From Nitrospirota bacterium (lineage in GTDB: Bacteria > Nitrospirota > UBA9217), in assembly GCA_963663225.1 (NCBI GenBank), contig OY760142.1, positions 3,191,002 through 3,255,001 on the forward strand: DNA of 64,000 nt. Reading direction: 5' to 3'. Within the stretch, counting starts at the first letter, position 1; every line of letters begins with the position of its first letter. Made by a program: the position numbers and the translations under genes. Shown here piece after piece: positions 40,443-50,298 of the stretch. A model generated the notes under the pieces. That model was not told the DNA's origin. It did no database searches and saw only the letters and a program-made list of their open reading frames with translations.

Positions 40443-42406
40443 TTAATCCCCCCACCAGCCGCCATAGCTCCTTCACGCGCTCCCATCTCTTGAAAGTTCA
40501 TAGGGAGACCCATTTGATTTGACGCAGGGGTGTTTTTCATATTCTTTATTTCGTTTCCCTGCCCTTCGTCCTCGTTCCATTTTGCCTTTTCGAGTTTCTT
40601 GATCATTCCTGCGATTACGTTAAACTCATCTCCCTGAAGCTCTAACTGCCTTCTTACCATATGGGCTATAATAGGCATTACTTCAGGTACGCCTTTCGCA
40701 AGTCCTGAAATCCTTCCGATTGTCTGATCGTAAAGCTGAATCTTCTTATACTTGTTAAATTCAGACTCAATATTAGAAGTAACCGGAGTATAGGTATAAT
40801 CCGCATACGCATCAAAATCTTTTGCAGCGTCTCCCAGCATCTTTAAAATTGTTTCATCGTGAGAAAATCTGTACGTCATTTGCATAATCATCCAGTAAAG
40901 CTCAGTAAGAAACGTATATTCAAACGTCAAGGCTTTATAGTTCTGTCTTGCATTGGTTCTTTGCTCCGCTCCCGCAACGGCGGTTGCTGTTGTGCTTGCC
41001 TTGTCCGGCAAAGCACCCATAGTTGTCGGATAAGTAGAAGTAGCTTGCTGCATCTTCCCGGTAAGCATGGAGATTGTAGTCAACATACCGGGGATATTGT
41101 CTCTAATCATAAGCTCTTGAAGATCTTCTACGTTTTCAAGCTCGATAACGTGTTCCGGTTCTATATAAACCGATGAATTGTCCTCTAATGAGTATTTCTT
41201 TCCTTTAAAAACAGGCAGGGTTGCCAGCTTTACCCGATCATGCCCCATATTAAAGTCATCATTAATGGCAATCTGCAATTCCTTCATGTTTTTGCCATCA
41301 GATAAACCTTCATCCTTGGTAGGATGGATATAACACCAACCCCTGATAATTGGTTTATACGGTTTATCCTCTGCATCCAAGAATGGCGTAGGAACAAACC
41401 TGATCATTATTTTATGATTTCCGATCACAACGTAAGTAATAATAGTCTCGATAAGTTCCGCACCATCTAAAATAGAACCGTCTGAGTTGTGCCCTGGTTT
41501 AGCTTTAGTTGCGTTTCCGAACCTGTCCTTCTCTTCTACAATAGCCCAAAACTTTCCGTATCTATCAAGTACGTCCAGGTATTGAACGGGAGTTTTATCT
41601 GCGTTGTTCTGGTTGTCCTGTTGATATGTTTCTCTGGCGGTATCCGTCTGCTCCGCGTTTCTGTTCTTTATTGCTTCTTGTACTTTATCTAAATTAAAAT
41701 ATTGATTGATTTTTTCTTTTGATTTCAGCTCGTCGTAAGAAAGCTCAGACCGTATAGTTACCCAGTCTTTCTGTTGAATCGTGTAACAATACTTATTATC
41801 AGTAAAAACGTTTCTTGGATGTATAACGTCAAAATTAAACCTGTCTACTACGGGTTTCACTACGTCTCTTTCCTCAATCGTAATCTTATCGGTAGCTTGC
41901 CCAGTCGCAGAATCAATAACAGGATTATGCTTTTCAAACGGTTGCTTAATTGTTTTCTCTTCACGCTCCCACCAGCAAAGAGCGTAACAAGTACCCTTCA
42001 AGGAATTAATAGTACGCATCCGTATATATTTAGGATAGTAATATAAGTCCCGATCATTAAGCGTTTTATTAATGCAAACCTTGGCTGCGTTTGCTTTTTG
42101 CATGTCTTCCGGTCGATCCCCATCAAGTTTGACTTCTACGAAATCCCTTGACTGAAAATACTGATTGGCCCAAGCGGAGGCATCGGTTAGAAGAATAGAC
42201 GGCATTTCTGGTATAAAAGTGTCGCTCATCCAGTCGTAATCTTTTTCGTTTCTCTTGCACTCAAGCATATCAATCAAAGCATCAAACTCTACATTCTCGT
42301 CCTGCTGATCTGCTTGTGCTGTTTTATACTCAGAATCTACAACTATAGAGGCTATATAATCCTGTACCTGTTCATCTATATCTTTGGTCTTTTTCTTCCG
42401 AGCCAT
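40439..42406 (-). CDS. Portal protein (P22/podovirus-type, large)
   Basis: 655 aa; GT..ALCWW, P.NVF.D, MKELQ.AIN, TATA C-terminal motif; position between terminase and scaffold. Confidence 0.85.
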   Translation of the reverse strand: MARKKKTKDIDEQVQDYIASIVVDSEYKTAQADQQDENVEFDALIDMLECKRNEKDYDWMSDTFIPEMPSILLTDASAWANQYFQSRDFVEVKLDGDRPEDMQKANAAKVCINKTLNDRDLYYYPKYIRMRTINSLKGTCYALCWWEREEKTIKQPFEKHNPVIDSATGQATDKITIEERDVVKPVVDRFNFDVIHPRNVFTDNKYCYTIQQKDWVTIRSELSYDELKSKEKINQYFNLDKVQEAIKNRNAEQTDTARETYQQDNQNNADKTPVQYLDVLDRYGKFWAIVEEKDRFGNATKAKPGHNSDGSILDGAELIETIITYVVIGNHKIMIRFVPTPFLDAEDKPYKPIIRGWCYIHPTKDEGLSDGKNMKELQIAINDDFNMGHDRVKLATLPVFKGKKYSLEDNSSVYIEPEHVIELENVEDLQELMIRDNIPGMLTTISMLTGKMQQATSTYPTTMGALPDKASTTATAVAGAEQRTNARQNYKALTFEYTFLTELYWMIMQMTYRFSHDETILKMLGDAAKDFDAYADYTYTPVTSNIESEFNKYKKIQLYDQTIGRISGLAKGVPEVMPIIAHMVRRQLELQGDEFNVIAGMIKKLEKAKWNEDEGQGNEIKNMKNTPASNQMGLPMNFQEMGAREGAMAAGGGIK

Positions 42407-42409
42407 TTA

Positions 42410-42769
42410 CTATCTCCAGTTCAAACTTCCACAAAATGAGCATCCAGAAACCGCATCAGAACCGATATTATGTCTTTCTGTAAAAACAGGATTAAGATTT
42501 AATAAAACCGACTTACCGGAAATATTCATTAAATAATTCTTCGATGGGTTGGCTTGATTGGCATGAGATTCCAAGTCTACCGAACCGCCTGAATAAGACA
42601 GCCCCTCGCCGTCTCCCAACATATTCCGGTTAATATTATTCATAAAACCGCAATTCCAGCATTTGAACCATTGCCCGTCGTCTTCTTTTGCTCCATCAAC
42701 TCGAATGGTTCTTTTTTTGTGAGGAGGACGCTTATAGCTAAACTCACCGTATTTTGAATCTTTGCCCAT
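42410..42769 (-). CDS. Zn-finger protein (CxxC...CxxC)
   Basis: CWNCG and GCSFCGS motifs. Start taken at ATG 42769 (TAATG coupling). Confidence 0.6.
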   Translation of the reverse strand: MGKDSKYGEFSYKRPPHKKRTIRVDGAKEDDGQWFKCWNCGFMNNINRNMLGDGEGLSYSGGSVDLESHANQANPSKNYLMNISGKSVLLNLNPVFTERHNIGSDAVSGCSFCGSLNWR

Positions 42770-43983
42770 TACGAAGTAGTACCTGTCGAAGTAGTAGCGC
42801 CAAATCCGTTTCTCTCCCATACTTTAAGACTGCTATTAATACCTATGCTTGACGAAACACTTCCTGTAAAGTCAACCCTTGTTAAATTAGAACCGCTCAC
42901 AGCAGTTACTTTCCAGTGCATTACAGGATACGCTTCAGTACCAGTGCTAGAAGAATTTAACCCAAGTGTTTTAATTGAAGTTGACACGTACCCATCAGCG
43001 GACTGCATTATGGTTCCTGTGAGTACAACCTTTCCGCTTGCGGGTATGTTTCCATAGTGCATGACTGCATCGTTAGACTCTCCTGAATAATAGTTTCTTC
43101 GATAATCCGTTGCCGTTGTATTGTTGTTGTAGTACATGGAATATAAGACGTTTGAAACTGTTGTATTTAAGATAATCAAGATAAAATCATACGCATACGC
43201 CGTTGCTAAATCCAAAGTAGGTGAAGTAAGAGTAGTTACTGCACTACCAGAAACCGTTTTTGACCATATCAAATTATTCAAACCAAAAAATCCACTCGGT
43301 ATAGTTCCTCCAGAATTACATACCGGAATTATGTAGGCACCTGGCGTAGACGAAGCGCTGCGATTTCCAGACCCGTCATAAAGAGTAAGGGCTGGTTCTA
43401 CAAGTCTTGTGCTTGCATTTAGTGTTGCTAAAGATGATGCTGTCCCACCAAAACCAGCAGGTATAGAACCGGAAGCATTCGCAACTGGAATCGTATTTGC
43501 TGCTGATGTAGGGCTTGCACTTCGGTTCCCAACGCCATCGTACAAAGTTAGGGCTGGCTGAACAAGTCGCGAATTTGAATCAAGCGAAGCTATGCCAGAC
43601 GCTTGCGCCTTTGATGCTGGCTCTTGCACGACTTTGCTTGACGCATTTAATGTTGCTATACCACTAGCCGAACCTTCTGACGCAATAATCTGACCATAAG
43701 TCAAATCAGATAAATACATATTATCTATGGTTACAGGATCGAATGAATTATGGCTAATAATCAGTTTAAAAGCTTGCGAAGTTGGATAATCAGAAACATC
43801 AACGTAAAAATAAAATACGCCGTCAGAACCTGAAGTAACCGAATGAACCGCAGTACCTCCTGAACTTGCAGTATAAATAGACGCAGCCGTCGTAGTGCCA
43901 GCTAGGTACACAGATACCGTTGCGCTTGATATGATTACTCCATTTCCATCCCTTACTACGTCTTGATATTTATATCTCGACAT
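42769..43983 (-). CDS. Tail/head fibre protein with N-terminal attachment domain and internal repeats
   Basis: N-terminal D..G.....ATVSVYLAGT..A.IY...G.F.FY; repeated GIA.L.ASS and PALTLYDG.GNRSAS units. Confidence 0.7.
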   Translation of the reverse strand: MSRYKYQDVVRDGNGVIISSATVSVYLAGTTTAASIYTASSGGTAVHSVTSGSDGVFYFYVDVSDYPTSQAFKLIISHNSFDPVTIDNMYLSDLTYGQIIASEGSASGIATLNASSKVVQEPASKAQASGIASLDSNSRLVQPALTLYDGVGNRSASPTSAANTIPVANASGSIPAGFGGTASSLATLNASTRLVEPALTLYDGSGNRSASSTPGAYIIPVCNSGGTIPSGFFGLNNLIWSKTVSGSAVTTLTSPTLDLATAYAYDFILIILNTTVSNVLYSMYYNNNTTATDYRRNYYSGESNDAVMHYGNIPASGKVVLTGTIMQSADGYVSTSIKTLGLNSSSTGTEAYPVMHWKVTAVSGSNLTRVDFTGSVSSSIGINSSLKVWERNGFGATTSTGTTS

Positions 43984-43990
43984 TCTTCAC

Positions 43991-44488
43991 CTATGCTATT
44001 CTGGTAGCCCGTAAATAAGACTGCTGATATACCGTAGACGTTCCGCTTGTTACTTTTAAGTGCTGAATAGTCAAATTACCCGCATTACTTCCAGTGGTTA
44101 AAATACCTTTAATCAAAACCCCACCCGATTGAGCGGAAGTGGTTAAAAATGCACTCGTTGCAGTATTTAAGGCGTTTATTCTCTCTGTTTTGCCTGCCGT
44201 CGATGTCAAAGCACCAGTAATATGCGACTCCACGGCAGCTCCAGCGGCAGAAAATTGCACTGCATACTCAGTACCAGTCGTATCCGCAGACGTACCAACC
44301 GACAAAACAGATTCAAATTCATATACGGCATTTGCGCCACAAGCTATTGACAGGCCGGTAATGTCAACTAACGTTTGCCCGGTAGTCGTTACATTTGAAC
44401 CTGTCACCCTGGCCCAACTTACCCCAAGGCTATTTAATGAAACGCCGTCTATACCAGAATTTCCAGTTCCCATATTTACCTCACACAA
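43991..44488 (-). CDS. Beta-sandwich (BclA/C1q-like) virion protein
   Basis: T/S/G-rich, DITGLS, Y.FE and C-terminal SYL.ATRIA. Confidence 0.5.
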   Translation of the reverse strand: MCEVNMGTGNSGIDGVSLNSLGVSWARVTGSNVTTTGQTLVDITGLSIACGANAVYEFESVLSVGTSADTTGTEYAVQFSAAGAAVESHITGALTSTAGKTERINALNTATSAFLTTSAQSGGVLIKGILTTGSNAGNLTIQHLKVTSGTSTVYQQSYLRATRIA

Positions 44489-45065
44489 AGAGTTGGTACT
44501 TTAAAATAGCCCCATTACTAGCAACCGAGTTTATACAAGAAAAATTCTTTATGTTATTCCAACCAACAATTACATAAGACTGACCGGAGGCTATCTGAGA
44601 ACCGAAATTAGTACTGGCAGTCAAAGTAGGATTTATAGAATCAAGAGTAAAATTAACAGCCGCCGTCTCTACGGTAATCAATGCCGCTTTCGGAGGATCG
44701 TAAGTAAGGATTGGTAGTGGAGCTTGAGCAGTCGCAACGGTGCCTGTTGACGTTCCACCAGTCACAGTCTCTCCGGAAGAGTTAAAAGCACCTGATAAAA
44801 TCCTGATATAAATAACTCCGGTATCGCTAGAACCAGCGGTTCCGCTTTCCACTGCGTATCCAATCAGTTTTGCGGTAGCAGAAGAAGTGCCACCAGTCAA
44901 AGTCTCACCAATCTGGAGAGCCGCAGTTCCTCCAGTCGTATATCTTATGTAATGGGTAGCCTGAATAGGCGGGTTGAGAATAGTTTTATGAAAACCCCTT
45001 GCCGCAGTGATACCCGTCCACGTTCCACTTAATACACATTCTCCATTAATGGGAAAAACCAGCAT
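44481..45065 (-). CDS. Virion protein with GET.TGGTS.T beta-barrel repeats
   Basis: Two copies: GETLTGGTSSATA and GETVTGGTSTGTV. Confidence 0.5.
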   Translation of the reverse strand: MLVFPINGECVLSGTWTGITAARGFHKTILNPPIQATHYIRYTTGGTAALQIGETLTGGTSSATAKLIGYAVESGTAGSSDTGVIYIRILSGAFNSSGETVTGGTSTGTVATAQAPLPILTYDPPKAALITVETAAVNFTLDSINPTLTASTNFGSQIASGQSYVIVGWNNIKNFSCINSVASNGAILKYQLFV

Positions 45066-45077
45066 TTCAAATCCTCC

Positions 45078-45266
45078 TTAAAAGTTTAAACTGCCCAACG
45101 GTTTAGTAGGCTCTTTAGGTATGGTTGGTATCGAAACGTCCAGAGAAACTACAGGAGATACACTTGCCATCGAACCAACCAAGCCATGCGTAACTAACCG
45201 CACACCAAAATCACCTGAATCGTATTTAAGACCATCTGTTACTAATGAAATTCCGTCAAGAGCCAT
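45078..45266 (-). CDS. Small hypothetical protein
   Basis: Probable start MALDGISLVTDG after a GAGG SD. Confidence 0.45.
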   Translation of the reverse strand: MALDGISLVTDGLKYDSGDFGVRLVTHGLVGSMASVSPVVSLDVSIPTIPKEPTKPLGSLNF

Positions 45267-45583
45267 TCCATAAACCTCAACACACCGTAAGCCGTTAACC
45301 CACCAGCTATGCCCCACAAAAAAGAACATACGGGCTTTCTTAGACAGTACTTAACATTAAAACAATCACTCTCTGTAGTTGATTCTTTTAATTTGTATAA
45401 CTCGTTGCGTAATGCTACAGACTTTTTTTGACAATCATCAACAACTAGTAAAACATCGTTGTCCGTCGGAAACTTTCCGGTATCCCGTTGGTTCTGATAC
45501 CAAGTCAAACCAATCTTAATATCATTAAAGTGGTATCCATTACTTCGTAACCACGATCGTAAAAGTTCTTTATGATCTGTCAC
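45242..45583 (-). CDS. Hypothetical protein with C-terminal TM helix
   Basis: GTGA coupling with the upstream gene; hydrophobic C-terminus. Confidence 0.55.
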   Translation of the reverse strand: MTDHKELLRSWLRSNGYHFNDIKIGLTWYQNQRDTGKFPTDNDVLLVVDDCQKKSVALRNELYKLKESTTESDCFNVKYCLRKPVCSFLWGIAGGLTAYGVLRFMEWLLTEFH

Positions 45584-47427
45584 GACCCAGCCCCACGGGT
45601 TGCGTTGCTTGCATCGTCTGTCATTGTGTATGTAAACTTGGCAGTAGCAGCGTCGTCTTCATACAAAACCATGACATTCGAGGATTTATTAAAATTCAGT
45701 TTGTTTTTCGCACATTGTTTTATTAAATAGAGCATCCCGCCAACAGTAGTAGGATTACCTGTCACCGCATTTACAGTTTGGGTTAAGTCGATCTTGACGT
45801 TATTACTCGTATAGTCAAACTGTGAAGCAGTCTTAGCAGGATCGTAAGCCGATGTTAAGGCGAATCCTGTTTTGTCTGATACGGTCACTGAAGGTGTAGC
45901 AGCATTTAATGAAGTCTTTTGCAAAGCACCAAAGTCGATATTGTCAGAAGCCTTTATTTGTGCGTTTACATAACTACCAGTAAAAGCAAGTTTGTCTGTC
46001 TGAGTCTTGATAGCCGCTACTTCAGTATCTATGTATCCTATAATCGTGGTCTGATTAGCCGCTGTAGCATCCCCTATGTTTCCTGAAGGAAGTTTTGCTA
46101 CGATTGAATTGACATTACTATTTACCGTAGAAAGATTAGAGCCAGTCGCTAAAGTAGCAATCTGAGTATCCAGGTTAGCCGTGGCCAAACCTACCGCCGT
46201 TCTCACTCCCGCAGCGTCCAAGATTGAACGGCTCGATACTGTGGCGTTAAGATTATCTCCTATTATTTTCCCTGCCGTACCAGCACCATAAGACCCAGGT
46301 AAAGCAGTAGACCAAGGATCTCCCGCAGCGCCAGCAGCGTTTAGGGCATTTCCTGTGGTTCCCGAGGTTAGGTGTCCTGAAAGAGTAACATCCCAAACCT
46401 GACCTGCAATCGTAGTAGCCGTTGGTATGTCTGATACTGCGGCCGGAGAAGCGGGAAGATTATCGGTCTTTGCTTTAATAGCCGCCGTTTCTGTTTTTAC
46501 CGCCGCAACATCAGCAGAAAGTGAAGCCCCCACAGGTGCGCCGATTCTCGCAAAAACATCTCCGGTCAAATAATCAACCAATCGCTTACCAATACTTCCC
46601 ACCGTGGTTAACGCTGATGAAAGAGCGTCCCATATTGCCTGAACTCCGGCAGAAGAAAGAGCATATCCTGTCTTGTCGTTGTTCGTCCCCACAGTAACGG
46701 CAGCCGTTACACTAGCAACTGCTCCCCCAGCATAGGTTGATCTTGTGGAAACCGCAGCGTCAAGGTTGGCTATTCTCGTATCTCCAAGAGCCGTAAGCCC
46801 GGCCCCATTCGTACCGATCCTTGCGTATGAATCACCTGTTTGAGCGGTAGAAGTAGAAGCAGTACCGACCGATGCAAGAACTGTAACACCTGCGGCGCAA
46901 GTAACCGTTTGGGTTTTAATAGTGTCAACATTCACCCTAACGTTCCCGTTTGCATCTTGTGCTATTTGCCCTGCTCCGGTTCCTCTAGTATAAAGTCCAC
47001 CCGAAGCTTCAGCGTTTGCATTAGGTAAAGCTGTCATTCCTCCACGAACCGCATCTTGTAAATCCACCGCTGTAATCTCAATAAGTATGTTTACAGGTAC
47101 CATGTTTGCGGCACCTTTAAGTTGCACCATGACAGACTTCGCACCGGATGCTATTGCCGCATTGGGAATATGCAATTCGTAATCACCCGGCATATTCGTA
47201 CCGTCTATTGCTACAAATCCACCTGTAGCCCAAGTACCTTTTGTGGCTGTTGCAAGACTGATAGACGTAGCCGAACCGGAAGCACCAGACCTATTATAAT
47301 AAGCGGTTAAACTTGCAGTATTGTAAGCAAGCCCTGTTAATTTCCCGCCCGTAGTTGACGAAGAATCATAAATTGATATGGGAAGTATTAAGGACGTGGT
47401 ACCTGCTGTAACTGTAAATTGAATCAT
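45580..47427 (-). CDS. Large A/T/G-rich fibre-like virion protein
   Basis: Ig-like (BppU-like) N-terminal domain; repeated NLDA.VS.R, .IK.KTD.L, DKTG..L and VWD units. Confidence 0.6.
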   Translation of the reverse strand: MIQFTVTAGTTSLILPISIYDSSSTTGGKLTGLAYNTASLTAYYNRSGASGSATSISLATATKGTWATGGFVAIDGTNMPGDYELHIPNAAIASGAKSVMVQLKGAANMVPVNILIEITAVDLQDAVRGGMTALPNANAEASGGLYTRGTGAGQIAQDANGNVRVNVDTIKTQTVTCAAGVTVLASVGTASTSTAQTGDSYARIGTNGAGLTALGDTRIANLDAAVSTRSTYAGGAVASVTAAVTVGTNNDKTGYALSSAGVQAIWDALSSALTTVGSIGKRLVDYLTGDVFARIGAPVGASLSADVAAVKTETAAIKAKTDNLPASPAAVSDIPTATTIAGQVWDVTLSGHLTSGTTGNALNAAGAAGDPWSTALPGSYGAGTAGKIIGDNLNATVSSRSILDAAGVRTAVGLATANLDTQIATLATGSNLSTVNSNVNSIVAKLPSGNIGDATAANQTTIIGYIDTEVAAIKTQTDKLAFTGSYVNAQIKASDNIDFGALQKTSLNAATPSVTVSDKTGFALTSAYDPAKTASQFDYTSNNVKIDLTQTVNAVTGNPTTVGGMLYLIKQCAKNKLNFNKSSNVMVLYEDDAATAKFTYTMTDDASNATRGAGS

Positions 47428-48089
47428 AAGCTATCCCACCAGTAATTTGATTTAAGCCAAGCAGTGCTTGCCCCACCACTTGCTTCTTTAAACGACGCTA
47501 TAATATTTGCGTATCTGACCGAATCAGCCGAAGTAACTGAATTAGAATAAGTACCAGTAGAAGATACTATTCTGTCAAATGAAGCATGAACGTGCGAGCT
47601 TTGTTCGGTTCTCTTTGTAAAACTCGTTCCGTTCTCTGTTAAAGTTGTCCCCGTTGTTTCTTGAAACCAGAAGCAAACTAATACGTCTGCGGCGTTTGTT
47701 GTCGTGATACTTGCAGAAGTGTGCGACGTTCCCGCCGTAGTTTCTGCTGATGAATTGTAAACGTCTAAAACACTAGCTAACGTAGTGTTGTTGCCTGAGT
47801 AAATATGTACCGACATACCGTTGTCTGTTTCGGCAGTAGCGGTTATTGTTATAGTTCCCGTTGCACCCGCTATCGCATACCACATATGGCCTCTGGTTGT
47901 CGTGTCTGCCGAAGGGCCATTCTGTTGCGTAACAGCGTTATAAGTATTACTCTGCGTATCTGAAACCGTTGGTGACTGTTGATCGTTGTACGAGTACATA
48001 ACAACAATCAGGTTCCCAGCAGTTACCGAAATACTGCCTATAGAGTTACCAGAATAGACAGAGTATGCATTTACATACGTTAAAGCCAT
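47424..48089 (-). CDS. Beta-rich putative virion/receptor-binding domain protein
   Basis: Twice-repeated ...T.G.LIVV-like motif, VSD...NTY; S/T-rich. Confidence 0.5.
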   Translation of the reverse strand: MALTYVNAYSVYSGNSIGSISVTAGNLIVVMYSYNDQQSPTVSDTQSNTYNAVTQQNGPSADTTTRGHMWYAIAGATGTITITATAETDNGMSVHIYSGNNTTLASVLDVYNSSAETTAGTSHTSASITTTNAADVLVCFWFQETTGTTLTENGTSFTKRTEQSSHVHASFDRIVSSTGTYSNSVTSADSVRYANIIASFKEASGGASTAWLKSNYWWDSL

Positions 48090-48301
48090 TTGACCCTTAT
48101 AAACTGATAATCATCTTTACTCACATCTAATGCCTGTTTTAAATCGTTTGGATTCTGCAAGACGTTCGTAAAATGGAATCCTGGGAAAAAGAAAAAGCAA
48201 TCATACTGCTCGGAATAAAACACGTTGTATCCGGATTCCTGGGTCGTTATTTCCTGATCGTAAATATTCGCTTTTACTTCATCGGTAATTTCAATGTTCA
48301 T
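48080..48301 (-). CDS. Hypothetical protein
   Basis: ATGA coupling with the terL stop. Confidence 0.55.
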   Translation of the reverse strand: MNIEITDEVKANIYDQEITTQESGYNVFYSEQYDCFFFFPGFHFTNVLQNPNDLKQALDVSKDDYQFIRVKWL

Positions 48302-49992
48302 CGTCTACCGTATTGTGATACTGTTTTTCTTCCAATAACCATTGATTCACTACGAGGCCGGAAAGACTCCTCTTTCATTATTCCTTCCCACACCATATTC
48401 ATATGACTGTACCGTTGCATGGGAGTCTCTTTTATTTCCTTAGTCTCTAACTTGGTTCTATCTGCCCACTCTTCAAGCCGCCAGTTCTTAAAGTAATCAA
48501 TAGAAATTTTACAATTCGACAAAACCCACAACGTAGGCAGTTTGCTTTCTCTTCCATTGACGACCCTGCGGTTATTGAATGGCTTCCCACAGAGTCTTGC
48601 GTTTTTCAACCGCTTTCTGATTTCCTCGCGTCCGCGAGTGCCCTTGGTGTCCCAAGGTGTCCAGTAACCTCCAGTTCCAATACCGTCCCGCCGTAATTCG
48701 TAAAAAATGCGGTTAAGGTCGTCAATGGTACTTAAATTTGTATTTACCTGGTTCTGTGTAGCCAAAGGATCTATCTTGTTCAAGTGATACTTAAAATCCT
48801 TCCCCTTGCTGGCTATCATTACCGCTATCTGATTTGTAGTAAACCTTTCAGGGTCTATTACAAGCTCATCGTAAATAAACGCCTCATCATCAGTCGATAA
48901 CGCTATAAATCCACAATGCCAAGGAACATGAGGATGATAATCAATCCCACGAGCATGTAACCAACCATGCGGTACTCCTTCGGGAAAGATTTCAGACTGT
49001 CTTTGTATGTGTACGCTTTCAAAGTCTTTAAATATCCTCCCAGCTACTTGCCGGAAAATTCCATATCTTCTTATATCCTCGGTATCGTCATCTATAATTG
49101 CCAGCTTCCCACGGATATAATCAGACTTCACTACCGGATTATACTCACCTACGTCTTTTAATGGATGCTTCCCCGACCGGATAAGCTCCAATTCCTTCCG
49201 GTTCTTCTCTTCCACAAGCTGATCGTAGTACGGGTTGTCATCCGTCGCTGCCATAAGTACGCATATGTCAGAATCAACCTCGAAAGTCTCCACAGACGGC
49301 TTGTCTTCATCAAATCTTTCCTTGTACCTCTTCCTGACTAAATACGTCCTGATAATCGTCTTTGCCTGTTCGTAAATGTCCTCAAACTGCCAAGTCACCT
49401 GACCCAGTGCAGGAGTCATCCCGATAACAACATCACCATCCGAAGCTAACAGGCGGGGTAATTGTTCCTCAAAAAACGACCTCGGGCAATTCTCATCTAT
49501 GTAAACGCTGGCTCTTTGAACTCCCGCCTGAGACTGTAACTCCTGACCATAAGAAACAAACTCAACGTAAAAATCTGGCCCGCCCTGAGGATCAATCAAA
49601 GTCATTACCGGCTTTCTTTGGGTAACGTCCTTCCGAATCAACCTCTTAGGCCACATCCTCTTTAGAACAGGATAAATTGTATTTCTATCACCACCCTCAG
49701 GGTCAGTTGGCAACGTCTCTGAACAAAACCTGTAAATCCTGATCTTTGTATCAGGTCGTAAGTTCTTTGACTCTACGGGGTGCCTTCCTAACCACCTCGT
49801 AATGTAATGCTTCGTTATGTTTACGTTCTTGCCCCATTGGTTCCCTGTAAAAAAAGCTACTATCTTCTCAGGTCGTAGCAAAAACTGATCGTATATCCAA
49901 GTCCTCTTAATGCTTAAAAGCTCGGCCCACTCCTCTAACTCAGACCTCGCCCTAAGTCTCTGATCCTCACTTAACGAGATAACTTCGCCCAT
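48298..49992 (-). CDS. terL: Terminase large subunit
   Basis: Walker A GNQWGKN, Walker B VYIDE, GMTP coupling motif, DDNPY, nuclease RGIDYH. Confidence 0.9.
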   Translation of the reverse strand: MGEVISLSEDQRLRARSELEEWAELLSIKRTWIYDQFLLRPEKIVAFFTGNQWGKNVNITKHYITRWLGRHPVESKNLRPDTKIRIYRFCSETLPTDPEGGDRNTIYPVLKRMWPKRLIRKDVTQRKPVMTLIDPQGGPDFYVEFVSYGQELQSQAGVQRASVYIDENCPRSFFEEQLPRLLASDGDVVIGMTPALGQVTWQFEDIYEQAKTIIRTYLVRKRYKERFDEDKPSVETFEVDSDICVLMAATDDNPYYDQLVEEKNRKELELIRSGKHPLKDVGEYNPVVKSDYIRGKLAIIDDDTEDIRRYGIFRQVAGRIFKDFESVHIQRQSEIFPEGVPHGWLHARGIDYHPHVPWHCGFIALSTDDEAFIYDELVIDPERFTTNQIAVMIASKGKDFKYHLNKIDPLATQNQVNTNLSTIDDLNRIFYELRRDGIGTGGYWTPWDTKGTRGREEIRKRLKNARLCGKPFNNRRVVNGRESKLPTLWVLSNCKISIDYFKNWRLEEWADRTKLETKEIKETPMQRYSHMNMVWEGIMKEESFRPRSESMVIGRKTVSQYGRR

Positions 49993-50141
49993 TCCGACTT
50001 CTTCACCCTCGGCTTCTTAGAAAAATCCCTCAACTGCTTCTTGCTCATATTCTTTAAACCCTTATTTCTCTTGTACAGCTTCGCCGGATCGTGCAAGGCT
50101 ATCGCCATTGCTTTCCTTTGCTTCTCCGATACTGACGGCAT
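49971..50141 (-). CDS. Small basic protein, 56 aa (DUF3008-like), absent from the ORF track
   Basis: MPSVSEKQRKAMAIALHDPAKLYKRNKGLKNMSKKQLRDFSKK...; GGAG SD upstream. Confidence 0.65.
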   Translation of the reverse strand: MPSVSEKQRKAMAIALHDPAKLYKRNKGLKNMSKKQLRDFSKKPRVKKSEWAKLSR

Positions 50142-50298
50142 TTTCAGACTCCTTGATACGCTTCTCTAAAAATTCCATAACCTCACATCCGTACTCATAA
50201 CCAGACTTGCCTATGAAGATCCCGGAAAATCTTAATAAATAATCAATGGTCGAATAGACCTTCCTCGTTTCCTCTATGCTTAACCTCACTTCAGGCAT
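50062..50298 (-). CDS. Hypothetical protein
   Basis: ORF track; overlaps the 56-aa gene by 80 nt. Confidence 0.45.
   Translation of the reverse strand: MPEVRLSIEETRKVYSTIDYLLRFSGIFIGKSGYEYGCEVMEFLEKRIKESENAVSIGEAKESNGDSLARSGEAVQEK

Noticed and set aside
42769-47427. Repeats in fibre genes as DGR template/variable regions
   Set aside because: No reverse transcriptase in the window; the repeats are protein-level and differences are not adenine-specific.
23372-50298. UGA read-through or selenoprotein recoding in the phage, given the selC site
   Set aside because: Many TGA stops sit in ATGA/GTGA coupling overlaps, the proteins look full-length, and no interrupted gene or SECIS was seen.
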